A stretch of 30,883 nt of DNA, from assembly GCA_040006555.1 (NCBI GenBank), contig JBDTWT010000001.1, positions 1-30,883 on the forward strand. Reading direction: 5' to 3'. The translations under genes were made by a program, and so were the position numbers. The notes beneath the pieces were generated by a model. It made no database searches and was not told the DNA's origin. It saw only the letters and a program-made list of their open reading frames with translations. Of the stretch, positions 6,084 to 14,971 are shown piece by piece (position 1 is the first letter of the stretch; every line of letters starts with the position of its first letter). This stretch comes from Chloroflexota bacterium (GTDB taxonomy: Bacteria > Chloroflexota > Limnocylindria > QHBO01).

Positions 6084-8306
6084 TCAGTCGGCGGCTTCCG
6101 GCGCCGGGGCGCCGACGTCGCGACTCCACGCTCCGGTCGCGTCGGCGAGCAGCTCGGCGACGTCCTTCACCGCGACGTCCGTGCGTCCGAGGTCGGTCGT
6201 GCCGTCGCGAAGCATGATCAGGCAGAACGGGCAGGCGGTCGCGATCGCATCGGGTGACTTCTCGAGCGCCTGCTCGACGCGCCGGTGGTTGATCCGACTG
6301 CCCTCGCGCTCCTCCATCCACATGCGCGCGCCACCGGCGCCGCAGCACATCCCCTTGCGATGGTTGAGGTCCATCTCCACGACGGTCTGCCCCGGTACGG
6401 CCTCCACCACGCGTCGCCCCTCGTCGTAGACTTCGTTGTATCGGCCGAGGTAGCAGGCATCGTGGTAGGCCACCACCGCTTCGTGGTGCTCCGACGGCAC
6501 CAGCCGTCCCTCGGACACGAGCCTGTCGAGCAGCTGCGTGTGATGGATCACCTCGATGCCGATGAGGCCGAACTGCGGGTACTCGTTGCGGATGGTGTTG
6601 AAGCAGTGCGGGCAGGTCGCGACGATCGTGCCGATGCCGTGCTCGGCGTGCGCTGCGCTGAGCGTCGCCACGTTCTCCTCGGCCAGCATCTGGTAGAGGT
6701 ACTCGTTCCCCGCGCGTCGGGCGGGATCGCCGGTGCACGTCTCCTGCGCGCCAAGCACCGCGAAGGGCACCTGGGCCTGCTTGAGGAGCTGGGCCATCGC
6801 CCGCACGACCTTGCGGTTGCGGTCGTCGAAGGCGCCCGCGCAGCCGACCCAGAAGAGGACCCGACCGGCGAGCGCGTCCTGCATCGGCACGCTCGAGTGG
6901 ATGGTGCGCCAGGGCCGGTCAGTCGAGCGGATGCCGGGCGGAGCGAGCCGGCGATCCGTGCCGCCGAGCACGTCCAGATCGAGATCCTTCGCCCAGTCGA
7001 GGCGGGCCGACTTCGGCTGGCCCCACGGGTTACCCGCGTTCTCCATGTTTCGGAACGCCGCGTTGAGCTCCTTCGGGAAGCGGCTCTCCTCCAGCACCGC
7101 ATTGCGGCGGATCTCGACAATGGTGTCGACGTGCTCGATGAGCACCGGGCAGCCTTCCACGCACCACCCGCACGTCGTGCACTGCCAGACGGCCTCCTCC
7201 GGGATGGCGTTGTCCATCAGCGGCAGGCTCAGCGCCTCCGTCGCCCGCGCCTGCGCCAGGCCGAGCGCATCCTCCGACGCCGCCGCTCCACCGCTCGCCC
7301 CGCCCTTCCATGCGCGCTGGGCGCTCGCCGCAGCCGCCAGGGCCGTCTCCGCCGCCACGATCTGGTCGCGCAGCCCCTCCATGAGGTGCTTCGGCGATAG
7401 CGTCTTGCCGGTCATGCTGGCGGGGCAGAACTCCATGCAGCGACCGCATTCGGTACACGCCAGCCCATCGGCGAGGTGCCGCCAGGTGAGGTCCTTGAGG
7501 CCCTTCGCGCCGAAGACCGGCAGCTCCTCCCCCTCCTCCGGCTCGGCCTCGAGGTCCATCTTGCGCAGCGCGCCCCGCGGCTCGAGGTTGCGGAAGTAGA
7601 CGTTCGGCTCGCTGGTGATGATGTGGAGGTGCTTGCTGTACGGCAGGTACGCGCCGAACCCGAGGACGAGAAGGATGTGCGACCAGGCCAGGACGCCGAA
7701 GCCGACGCTCGCCGCCTGCGGGCCGATTGCCTCGAGCGGCAGGCTGAGTGGCCCCGCAAGCAGCGCCCACGAGCGCGAGGGGTCCCCGGGCTCGACGACG
7801 TAGGCGAGCGCATCGCCGACCCACTCGGTGAGCACGATCCCGAAGATGAGGGCCAGGATCACGAAGGCGTCGCGCGTCAGGGCGAGCCGCGTCGGACGCA
7901 CCACGATCCGGCGAGCGGCGTAGTAGATGACCGCGGCGAGCACCAGCGCGACGAAGAGGTTGGCGAAGGCGATGGTGACGTTCCACAGCAGCCCGCCGAG
8001 CGGCCAGCCGACGATCGCCTCCAGCAGGCCGTTCGTCAGGTAGTTGCCCGTCGTCGCGAGCAGGACGAGGAAGCCCCAGAAGATGAACGCATGCGCCAGC
8101 CCGGGGCCGATGTCCTGGAGCAGGCGCCTCTGGCCGAAGACGAACACCCCGAGCGACGCGATGCGCTCCGGGACGCGGTCAAATCGGTCCAGCGGCCGCC
8201 CGGAGCGCAGAATCGCGAGATGCCATCGCGCGCGGCGCCAGAAGAGGTACGCCGCCGCCACGATCGGCACGACGATCAGGGGGTAGTACGGGATGGAAGC
8301 TTCCAA
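6084..8306 (-). CDS. Membrane-bound Fe-S oxidoreductase, FadF/GlpC/HdrD-like (cytochrome b-like TM domain + 2x[4Fe-4S] + 2 CCG domains)
   Basis: TM His residues (LAHAFIFWGF, WSHILL, SKHLHII); CTECGRCMEFCP and CTTCGWCVEGCP; CCG domains GCAG..CTGD..CPHC and HDACY..CCGAGG..CPFC. Start probably TTG 8306 (LEASIPYY), with TACCAT 9 nt upstream. Confidence 0.88.
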   Translation of the reverse strand: MEASIPYYPLIVVPIVAAAYLFWRRARWHLAILRSGRPLDRFDRVPERIASLGVFVFGQRRLLQDIGPGLAHAFIFWGFLVLLATTGNYLTNGLLEAIVGWPLGGLLWNVTIAFANLFVALVLAAVIYYAARRIVVRPTRLALTRDAFVILALIFGIVLTEWVGDALAYVVEPGDPSRSWALLAGPLSLPLEAIGPQAASVGFGVLAWSHILLVLGFGAYLPYSKHLHIITSEPNVYFRNLEPRGALRKMDLEAEPEEGEELPVFGAKGLKDLTWRHLADGLACTECGRCMEFCPASMTGKTLSPKHLMEGLRDQIVAAETALAAAASAQRAWKGGASGGAAASEDALGLAQARATEALSLPLMDNAIPEEAVWQCTTCGWCVEGCPVLIEHVDTIVEIRRNAVLEESRFPKELNAAFRNMENAGNPWGQPKSARLDWAKDLDLDVLGGTDRRLAPPGIRSTDRPWRTIHSSVPMQDALAGRVLFWVGCAGAFDDRNRKVVRAMAQLLKQAQVPFAVLGAQETCTGDPARRAGNEYLYQMLAEENVATLSAAHAEHGIGTIVATCPHCFNTIRNEYPQFGLIGIEVIHHTQLLDRLVSEGRLVPSEHHEAVVAYHDACYLGRYNEVYDEGRRVVEAVPGQTVVEMDLNHRKGMCCGAGGARMWMEEREGSRINHRRVEQALEKSPDAIATACPFCLIMLRDGTTDLGRTDVAVKDVAELLADATGAWSRDVGAPAPEAAD

Positions 8307-8384
8307 GTGGCGGCCATGGTAGCGACCGCCGCTCACTCCGCCGCACGCCTCCGCGTTCGTCAGCCGGATCTGGTTTGATGGGGC

Positions 8385-8990
8385 GTGGTGCGCACGCAAC
8401 CCCACCGTTGGCTGATGGCCGGGGCAATCTGGGGACCCGGACTCTTCATCGCGGCGTGGGTGCTTGCCGGCCTGCTCGCTCCCAATTACCCGCCGGTCGA
8501 GGACCACATCAGCGACCTGGCGGCGGTCGATGCTCCCACGCGAGTGCTGATGTCACTCGGGTTCGCCGCCTTTGCGATCGGCGCCGGAAGCGCGGCCTGG
8601 CCGCTCCGTCGGCTCGTCGGCTGGCCGGCTGCCCTTGCGCTCGGCGTCAACGCGGCACTCACGCTCGGCGTGATGCTCACCCCCGTCGGTGGTTCGCCGG
8701 ACATCGATGTCCTGCACGGCGGCTTTGCGGGTCTCGCGTACGTGTCCCTCGCAGCGGTCGGACCGCTGGCTTCACTGACGTTCCGGCGGCGAGGTCTCGC
8801 GTTGCCGATCGCCTCGCTGGCGGTCGGCCTGATCACGCTGGCCTGTCTGTGGGCCTCGCTCGGTGACACGGCGCCAGGGCTGTTTCAGCGGCTGGGTCTC
8901 ACCGCCACTGACGTGTGGCTGATGACGATCGGCTTCGCGGCTGTCTTCGGACGTCGCCGAGCCGACGAACGGGCGGCTGTCGGTCAGTGA
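8385..8990 (+). CDS. DUF998 family membrane protein
   Basis: Hydrophobic 201 aa with GPGLF...YPPVEDHISDLAA pattern, mid-protein His (LHGGFAG) and C-terminal GLFQRL; converges on and overlaps the moaCB stop. Confidence 0.7.
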   Translation: MVRTQPHRWLMAGAIWGPGLFIAAWVLAGLLAPNYPPVEDHISDLAAVDAPTRVLMSLGFAAFAIGAGSAAWPLRRLVGWPAALALGVNAALTLGVMLTPVGGSPDIDVLHGGFAGLAYVSLAAVGPLASLTFRRRGLALPIASLAVGLITLACLWASLGDTAPGLFQRLGLTATDVWLMTIGFAAVFGRRRADERAAVGQ

Positions 8991-9967
8991 TCCTTTCCGA
9001 CGAGCTGATCGAGCGCGTGGCGCAGGACCGGCAGAAGAGCGGCCAACGACTCGGACGCGCCGGTCGGTGAGCCGGGCAGGTTCGCGATCAGCGTCCGGCC
9101 TCGCGTACCGACCACGCCGCGCGAGAGCGCGGCCATGGGCGTCGAAACCGTGCCGACGGCACGCATGAGCTCGGCCAGGCCGGGTGCCTCGCGCTCGATG
9201 ACGCGCCCCGTCGCTGCCGGGGTGACGTCCGTGGGCGCCAGGCCGGTCCCGCCCGTGGTCAGGATGAGCCGATGGCCGGCATCGGCCAGGCCGGCGAGGA
9301 GCACGGCAATGACTCCCTCGTCATCGGCGACGACGATCGGCTCTGAGGTGACGTCGAAACCCGCAGCCTTGAGCGCCGCCACCAGCGCCGGGCCGGACGA
9401 GTCTTCGCGCTCCCCCGCTGCGGATCGACTTGAGCAGGTGACCACCACCGCCTCGTGCTCGGCGGTCGCGGGGGCCCCGTCCCTGGCGGCCTCGTCGCGC
9501 TGGTAGTCGCCGGAGCGGCCACCGGACTTCGAGAGCAGCTCGACGCGCTCGATGACGATGTCGCGCTGGAGCGACTTCGCCATGTCGTAGAGCGTGAGCG
9601 CCGCGACGCTGGCGGCCGTGAGCGCCTCCATCTCGACCCCGGTACGGGTTGTCGCACGGGCCTCGGCGCGGACGGTGATGACTCCGCCGTCGCGGTCCGG
9701 CAGCAGCTCCACCTCGACGTGGTCGAGTGGCAGAGGGTGGCACAGCGGGATGAGCTCCGACGTGCGCTTCGCGGCGCCGATCCCCGCCAGCCGGGCGGTG
9801 ACGAGCGCGTCGCCCTTCGGCCCGCCGGCATCGAGGAGCGCGGACAGCACTTCGGGCCGCATGCGCACCGTCGCGCCCGCCACGGCGCGGCGCGCCGTGA
9901 CCGGCTTCTCGCCGACGTCGACCATGCGCGGCTCTCCACCTGCGCCGAGGTGGCTGGGTCTCGTCAC
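8984..9967 (-). CDS. moaCB: Bifunctional molybdenum cofactor biosynthesis protein MoaC-MoaB/MogA fusion
   Basis: MoaC motifs RMVDVGEK, LIPLCHPL, TGVEMEAL, LYDMAK; MoaB/MogA motifs TCSSR..EREDSSGP, TTGGTG...DVTP, NLPGSP; GTGA overlap with moeA. Confidence 0.9.
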   Translation of the reverse strand: MTRPSHLGAGGEPRMVDVGEKPVTARRAVAGATVRMRPEVLSALLDAGGPKGDALVTARLAGIGAAKRTSELIPLCHPLPLDHVEVELLPDRDGGVITVRAEARATTRTGVEMEALTAASVAALTLYDMAKSLQRDIVIERVELLSKSGGRSGDYQRDEAARDGAPATAEHEAVVVTCSSRSAAGEREDSSGPALVAALKAAGFDVTSEPIVVADDEGVIAVLLAGLADAGHRLILTTGGTGLAPTDVTPAATGRVIEREAPGLAELMRAVGTVSTPMAALSRGVVGTRGRTLIANLPGSPTGASESLAALLPVLRHALDQLVGKDH

Positions 9968-11160
9968 TCGACCGCTCCGGTGAGGATCGCCTGGTAGGTC
10001 TCGCCCGGCTCGGTGGCTGAGAGCCCCTCCGGTACGACGAGCAGCGCGTTGGCGGTCGCCAGGGGGAGGAGCTGTGACGACGCCTGGCCGCCGGCGGAGA
10101 CGGCACGGTATCCATCGCCATCGGGACAGACGCGCACTCTGAGGTACGCGCGACGCGCCGGGTCCTTCGCCAGCTCCTCGTCCACGCGTGCCGGGACGCG
10201 CGCGCGTCCGTCGCCGGCCATGCCGAGCATGCGGCGCAGCATCGGTCTGACGAACAGCTCGAACGTGACCAGCGCGCTGACCGGATTCCCCGGCAGGCCG
10301 ATGACCGGGCGCGTCTCGACGCGCCCGGAGGCAAGCGGCTTCCCCGGCTGCACCGCGATGCGCCAGAAGTCGAGGCTGCCGATGCGCTCGATGACGCCGC
10401 GCACGTGGTCGTGCTCGCCGACGCTCACCCCGCCGGAGACGATGAGCATCTCCGCGGCCAGCACCCCCTCGCGAACGCGGCGCTCGATCTCCCCGGGATC
10501 GTCGCGCGCGGTCTCGAGAAGCACGGGCACGCCGCCCGCATCGCTGACCGCCGCGGCCAGCGCCGGCCCGTTCGCATCGTGGATCTGGCCCGGTCCCAGC
10601 GGCGACGCCACCGCCACGAGCTCGTCGCCCGTGGAGAGGATCGCCACCCTCGGCCGCAGACGCACGTCGACGTCGTCGTGCCCCATCGCGGCCAGCAGCC
10701 CGATGACCGACGCCGTGATCGGCGCCGCCGGAAGCGCGAACGACGTCCCCGCGGCCACGTCGTGGCCGGCCGCGCGCACGTGCGCGCCTGCCGCGGGCGC
10801 ACCAGCGACCTCGACCCAGCCGCCCGTCTCCGACGCGTCCTCGATCGGCACCACCGAATCGGCGCCATCCGGGATCGGAGCGCCCGTCATGACCCGCACC
10901 GCCGTGCCGGGCTCCACCGGCGGCGCCGCCGGACCACCCGCTCGCGACTCGCCGACCACGCGGCGCCGCTCGACGCCATCGGCCGCGCGCAGCGCGAACC
11001 CGTCCATCGCCGAGTTGGCGAAGGGTGGCACGTCATGGGTCGCCATGACCGGCTCCGGCGTGGGCACGCGCCCAAGCGCCTCGGCCAGCGGCAGCCGCTC
11101 GGCGTCGGTCGTCGCGAGGTCGTGCAGCAGCCGGTCGAGTGCCTCCTCGACGGTCAGCAT
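9964..11160 (-). CDS. moeA: Molybdopterin molybdotransferase (gephyrin-like MoeA)
   Basis: PFANSAMDGFA, VMTGAPIP, LSTGDEL, SGGVSVG, QPGKP, GLPGNPVS motifs; 398 aa. Confidence 0.93.
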   Translation of the reverse strand: MLTVEEALDRLLHDLATTDAERLPLAEALGRVPTPEPVMATHDVPPFANSAMDGFALRAADGVERRRVVGESRAGGPAAPPVEPGTAVRVMTGAPIPDGADSVVPIEDASETGGWVEVAGAPAAGAHVRAAGHDVAAGTSFALPAAPITASVIGLLAAMGHDDVDVRLRPRVAILSTGDELVAVASPLGPGQIHDANGPALAAAVSDAGGVPVLLETARDDPGEIERRVREGVLAAEMLIVSGGVSVGEHDHVRGVIERIGSLDFWRIAVQPGKPLASGRVETRPVIGLPGNPVSALVTFELFVRPMLRRMLGMAGDGRARVPARVDEELAKDPARRAYLRVRVCPDGDGYRAVSAGGQASSQLLPLATANALLVVPEGLSATEPGETYQAILTGAVE

Positions 11161-11164
11161 CGGC

Positions 11165-12286
11165 TCACAGCCCGAGCTTCATGCGGGCCTCGATGAGGCG
11201 CAGGATGCCCCGCCGGGTGACGACGCCGACCGGCTCGCGACCCTCGGCCACCACGGGGAGCTGCCCGACGTCACGCTCCTGGATGATGCGAAGCGCATCG
11301 ACCAACGGCTCGTCGGGTCCGATGGTGGTGAGGTCGTTGAAGCGCGTCATGATGTCGGTCACCCTGGCGCCCGGCCAGTCGTCCCGGGGCAGGCGCCGGA
11401 CGTCGCCGAGCGTGACGACCCCCGCCAGCCCGCCATCGTCGTGTCGGACGAGGAATGACCGGTCCTCGCCGCGCAGCATCCGTTCCGAGACGAGGTCGGC
11501 GACCGACTCGTTGGGCGAGACCGAGGGCGGATCGGCGTCCATCGCGTCGCGAACGCGCACCCCGCTCAGGCTGCGCTCCACCCCGGCCTGCGCGCCCGTG
11601 GCCTCCGCGGCGTTCGACAGGAACCAGCCGATGAGCGCCAGCCACAGGCCAGCGAACAGCCCATTGGGGCTGAGCGCCCAGAGGACGCCAAGGGCGATGA
11701 GGAGGTACGCCACCATGCGTCCCACGAGCGCCGCGTTCCGGGTCGCGAGAAGCCGGTCGCCGCGGATTCTCCACAGGACCGCCCGGAGCACGCGGCCGCC
11801 GTCCATCGGAAAGCCCGGGATGAGGTTGAAGCCACCGAGGAGGAGGTTGACGAATCCCAGCCAGCCCAGGAGGGCCGCCACCTGCGGCTGCGCGATCACC
11901 GCCGCGATGCCGATGAACGCAGCGCCCAGGACGATGCTCGTCGCCGGCCCGGCCAGGGCGATGACCGCCTCCTCGCGCGGCGACCGCGCGTCGGCGTCGA
12001 TGCTCGTGGTCCCGCCGAAGATGAACAGCGTGATGCCCTGGACGCGCAGGCCGAAGCGGCGCGCCACGAGGGCGTGCGACAGCTCGTGCGCGAGGACCGA
12101 CGCGAAGAACAGGAACGCCGTGGCGGCCGCGACGATCCAGTACAGGCCGCCGGACCATCCGGGAAACTGATCCGGGAACTGCGCGACGGCCAGCGAATAG
12201 GTGATGAGGAAGGCGATCACCAGCCAGCTCGGATGGATCGCCAGTTCCACGCCGGCCACGCGGCCGACCCTCCAGCCTGAACCCAT
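11165..12286 (-). CDS. Site-2 protease (M50) with tandem CBS domains
   Basis: HELSH (HExxH), AGP, FNLIPGFPMDGGR, C-terminal CBS pair (VRDAMD..., VTDIMT). ATG 12286 is 6 nt downstream of TACACT. Confidence 0.9.
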   Translation of the reverse strand: MGSGWRVGRVAGVELAIHPSWLVIAFLITYSLAVAQFPDQFPGWSGGLYWIVAAATAFLFFASVLAHELSHALVARRFGLRVQGITLFIFGGTTSIDADARSPREEAVIALAGPATSIVLGAAFIGIAAVIAQPQVAALLGWLGFVNLLLGGFNLIPGFPMDGGRVLRAVLWRIRGDRLLATRNAALVGRMVAYLLIALGVLWALSPNGLFAGLWLALIGWFLSNAAEATGAQAGVERSLSGVRVRDAMDADPPSVSPNESVADLVSERMLRGEDRSFLVRHDDGGLAGVVTLGDVRRLPRDDWPGARVTDIMTRFNDLTTIGPDEPLVDALRIIQERDVGQLPVVAEGREPVGVVTRRGILRLIEARMKLGL

Positions 12287-12298
12287 GCCGCGAGTGTA
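12287..12298 (-). promoter_or_regulatory. Leaderless-type -10 (TACACT-N6-ATG) of the M50-CBS gene
   Basis: TANNNT 6 nt upstream of the ATG and no SD. Confidence 0.55.
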
Positions 12299-12300
12299 GG

Positions 12301-12963
12301 TCAGGCCGCTCGCAGCGTCGTGGGTGGGCGCCTGCGTCCGGAGACCCCGATGACCAGCACCACCAGCGCGCTGAGCACCACCGTCGCGCCCGCGATCAGC
12401 GACGCCTCGAACCAAAACCCCTCGGGGAAGAGGGTCACGAGATTCGACCCCGGCGTGAAGAGATAGGTGCCGGGCGGGAAGAAGAGGGCGTGGAAGGCGA
12501 GGAACGCCGCGTCAAACGCAACGGCGAAGACCAGGCCCAGCACGAGCCCAGCGGCGCCGATGGCCGCCGCCGTCCCCAGGAGCACCGTGGCCATCCGGCG
12601 CGACTCCCCTCGCAGGAGCGTTCCGGTCAGCGCGGCCACGATCAGCGCGACCCCCGCACTGAGCACGAGGACTCGCACGAGGTTCGAGACGTCACCCATG
12701 TGGGAGCGCTCCGCGTCGTCGAGCAGCGGGCGCCCGGCGAGCGTCGCGTTGAAGTCACCGCCCGTGAACAGATCGGCCAGGAACTCGCCGGTCACCCCGT
12801 CGATCTCGGCCTGCGAGGTCTCGAACGCCTCGGCGACGTCGTGGCGCGCCTGGAGCGCCGAGACGAACCACGGGTTGAAGAGCAGCAGCGGGCCCGTGAG
12901 GAGGATCAGGAGGCCGATCGACGCGCCGAAGAGCAGGCTCACCGGCCACGGAGCCCGACGCAT
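12301..12963 (-). CDS. DUF1461/TIGR01906-like integral membrane protein
   Basis: ERSHMGDVSNL and FHALFFPPGTYLF...LVTLFPEGFW motifs; ATG 12963 with GGAG SD; 220 aa. Confidence 0.75.
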   Translation of the reverse strand: MRRAPWPVSLLFGASIGLLILLTGPLLLFNPWFVSALQARHDVAEAFETSQAEIDGVTGEFLADLFTGGDFNATLAGRPLLDDAERSHMGDVSNLVRVLVLSAGVALIVAALTGTLLRGESRRMATVLLGTAAAIGAAGLVLGLVFAVAFDAAFLAFHALFFPPGTYLFTPGSNLVTLFPEGFWFEASLIAGATVVLSALVVLVIGVSGRRRPPTTLRAA

Positions 12964-12983
12964 CGGCTCTCCGGGCGGCTGCG

Positions 12984-13352
12984 TCAGAAGAGGCGCCGTC
13001 CGGTGCCGATGACCAGCGAGAGCGCGAGCCCGACGAGGCTGATCACGATCGATCCAAGGAGGGCGGCCAGGAAGTCGGCCACCTGGAAGCCGAGGTCGAG
13101 CTCGTTCGAGATCGCGCTCGTCAGGAGCAGCATCAGCGCGTTGATGACGACGAGGAAGAGACCGAGCGTCATGAGCGTGATCGGTAGCGTCACCATGCGC
13201 AGGATCGGGCGGATGAATGTGTTGACCAGACCGAAGATCAACGCCACGACCATCAGCTTCCACAGCTCGCCCGTGAAGGTGATGTTCGGCACGATCAGCT
13301 CCGCGACCCACAGCGCGGCGGCGTTGATCAGGATCTGGATGATGCGGTCCAT
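12984..13352 (-). CDS. 4-TM 'phage holin family' (YvlD-like) membrane protein
   Basis: IFGLVNTFIRPILRMVTLPITLMTLGLFLVVINALML motif; 122 aa from ATG 13352. A common chromosomal family and not evidence of a prophage. Confidence 0.8.
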   Translation of the reverse strand: MDRIIQILINAAALWVAELIVPNITFTGELWKLMVVALIFGLVNTFIRPILRMVTLPITLMTLGLFLVVINALMLLLTSAISNELDLGFQVADFLAALLGSIVISLVGLALSLVIGTGRRLF

Positions 13353-13365
13353 CGGCGCTAGCCTA
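13353..13365 (-). promoter_or_regulatory. Leaderless-type -10 (TAGGCT-N7-ATG) of the holin-like gene, overlapping the guaD TAG stop
   Basis: TANNNT 7 nt upstream of the ATG and no SD. Confidence 0.55.
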
Positions 13366-14703
13366 GCCGATGCCGTCCACCCCCGGCGGTCCTTCGAGCG
13401 GCCGGCCACGCACCCAAACGGCGCGCACCATCTCCGGATGCGGCCGGAAGATGAGCCGACTCGCGAGGTCCGCGGGGTCGTCCGGCGGGTCCTGCCCGGG
13501 CACCGGCGCGGTGAGGCGCGGATCGACCGCGATGAGATCGGCCTCCTTCCCCACCTCGAGCGAGCCGATCTCGCCGTCCAGGCCGAGCACGCGTGCGCCT
13601 CCGAGGCTCCCCATGCGCAGCCAGTCGAGCGGGTCCAGGATCCCGTCGGGCATCGGCGCCGCATGCGACGCGATCGCGCGCTGCGTGAGGGCTCCCGCCC
13701 GCATGACGCTGAAGAGCGACAGCTCCGGTCCCGCGGCCACATCGCTCCCGAGGCCGACCGTCATCCCCGCGGCCAGATAGGCGGCCAACGGCATCATCCC
13801 GCTGGCCAGGAACAGGTTCGAGGCCGGGCAATGGGCCACCCGAGCGTCGCTCTCGACGAGCCGGTCAACCTCTCTACCCGAGAGATGCACCGCGTGCGCC
13901 AGGATGCTCCGCGCGCCGAGGGCGTCTGCTCGGTCGTACACGTCGAGATAGTCCTGTGACTCGGGGAACAGCGAGGCGACCTGCGCGAGCTCGCCGGCAT
14001 CCTCCGCCAAATGCGTCTGCCAATACGCGCCGTGCGTCCGAGCGAGGGCCGCCGACTCCCGCAGCATCTCGGCACTGCAGCTCACCGCGAAGCGTGGCGT
14101 GAAGGCATATCGCAGGCGTCCCCCGTCCCGACCGTGCCAGCGCGTGGCGAGCTCATCGGACTGCGCCAGGCTCGTCTCCAGGATCTGGCGCTGCTCGATG
14201 TCGCTGTCATAGCTGCCGCGGTCCATCATCACCTTGCCGATCACGGCGCGGATGCCGTGAGCCTCGGCGGCCGCGAAGGCGGCGTCCGTCGAGTCCGGCC
14301 AGAGGGCGCCGTATGCCACCGCGGTGGTCGTCCCCGCGGCGGCCAGCGCTCGAAAGGCGGCCGGTGCCTCGATCTCGGCTCGAGCCCGGTCGAATGCCCG
14401 CTCGAGCGGGAAGATGTGCCGCTCGAGCCACGTGAGCAGGTCCAGGCCACCTCCCAGCCCCGCGTTGGGCAGCTGCGGCAGGTGCACGTGCAGGTCGACC
14501 AATCCGGGCAGTACGACCAGCGGTCGAAGGTCCAGGACCGATGCCGGCGCCTTGGCGCCGAGCCACGGACCGATCCTGGTCAGGAGCCCGTTCGCATCGA
14601 CCTCGAGCAGGCCATCGGGCTCGTGGAGGAGCCCGCCATCGGCGAGCGGCGAGAGAAGCCGAGCACGGAGCGCAAGGGGCGGACGCGGCGGGAGCTCTGG
14701 CAT
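13363..14703 (-). CDS. guaD: Guanine deaminase (amidohydrolase family)
   Basis: DLHVHLPQ, FTPRFAVSCS, QTHLAE, LAHAVHL, HCPASNLFLASG, GLGSDVAAG motifs characteristic of GuaD; 446 aa. Confidence 0.85.
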   Translation of the reverse strand: MPELPPRPPLALRARLLSPLADGGLLHEPDGLLEVDANGLLTRIGPWLGAKAPASVLDLRPLVVLPGLVDLHVHLPQLPNAGLGGGLDLLTWLERHIFPLERAFDRARAEIEAPAAFRALAAAGTTTAVAYGALWPDSTDAAFAAAEAHGIRAVIGKVMMDRGSYDSDIEQRQILETSLAQSDELATRWHGRDGGRLRYAFTPRFAVSCSAEMLRESAALARTHGAYWQTHLAEDAGELAQVASLFPESQDYLDVYDRADALGARSILAHAVHLSGREVDRLVESDARVAHCPASNLFLASGMMPLAAYLAAGMTVGLGSDVAAGPELSLFSVMRAGALTQRAIASHAAPMPDGILDPLDWLRMGSLGGARVLGLDGEIGSLEVGKEADLIAVDPRLTAPVPGQDPPDDPADLASRLIFRPHPEMVRAVWVRGRPLEGPPGVDGIG

Positions 14704-14717
14704 CGGCCCGGATGCTA
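14704..14717 (-). promoter_or_regulatory. -10 (TAGCAT-N8-ATG) of guaD
   Basis: TANNNT 8 nt upstream of the ATG and no SD. Confidence 0.45.
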
Positions 14718-14766
14718 CATCCCGGATGGAGTACCCTTGACGCCTACTGTTCTATCGGAGGCCAGC

Positions 14767-14970
14767 ATGGCCACAGGCACCATCAAGAAGATCGTCGCCG
14801 ATCGCGGCTTCGGCTTCATCACCGGCGAGGATGGCAAGGATTACTTCTTCCATCGCGACGGTCTCAACGAGTCGATCGATTTCGACCGACTCAATGGCGG
14901 CGAGAACGTGACGTTCGACATCGAGTCGAATCCTCGCGGTCCTCGAGCTGCGAACATCACGGCCGCTTAG
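14767..14970 (+). CDS. csp: Cold-shock protein (CspA family)
   Basis: 67 aa, RNP1 RGFGFI, RNP2 DYFFH, GPRAANI; GGAGG SD at 14757-14761. Confidence 0.93.
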   Translation: MATGTIKKIVADRGFGFITGEDGKDYFFHRDGLNESIDFDRLNGGENVTFDIESNPRGPRAANITAA

Positions 14971-14971
14971 G

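Noticed and set aside
6880-7360. Two apparent insertions in the Fe-S oxidoreductase (Ala-rich stretch between the Fe-S motifs, and GGTDRRLAPP...MQDALAG) as intein or mobile inserts
   Set aside because: Short, no intein C/S...HN termini or repeats, normal codon bias; these positions are variable loops in this family.
12984-13352. Phage holin family hit as evidence of a prophage
   Set aside because: No phage structural, lysis or integrase genes nearby; this 4-TM family is commonly chromosomal.
14737-14765. TTGACG as the -35 of csp
   Set aside because: No -10-like hexamer at 16-18 nt spacing, and it is too close to the start codon.
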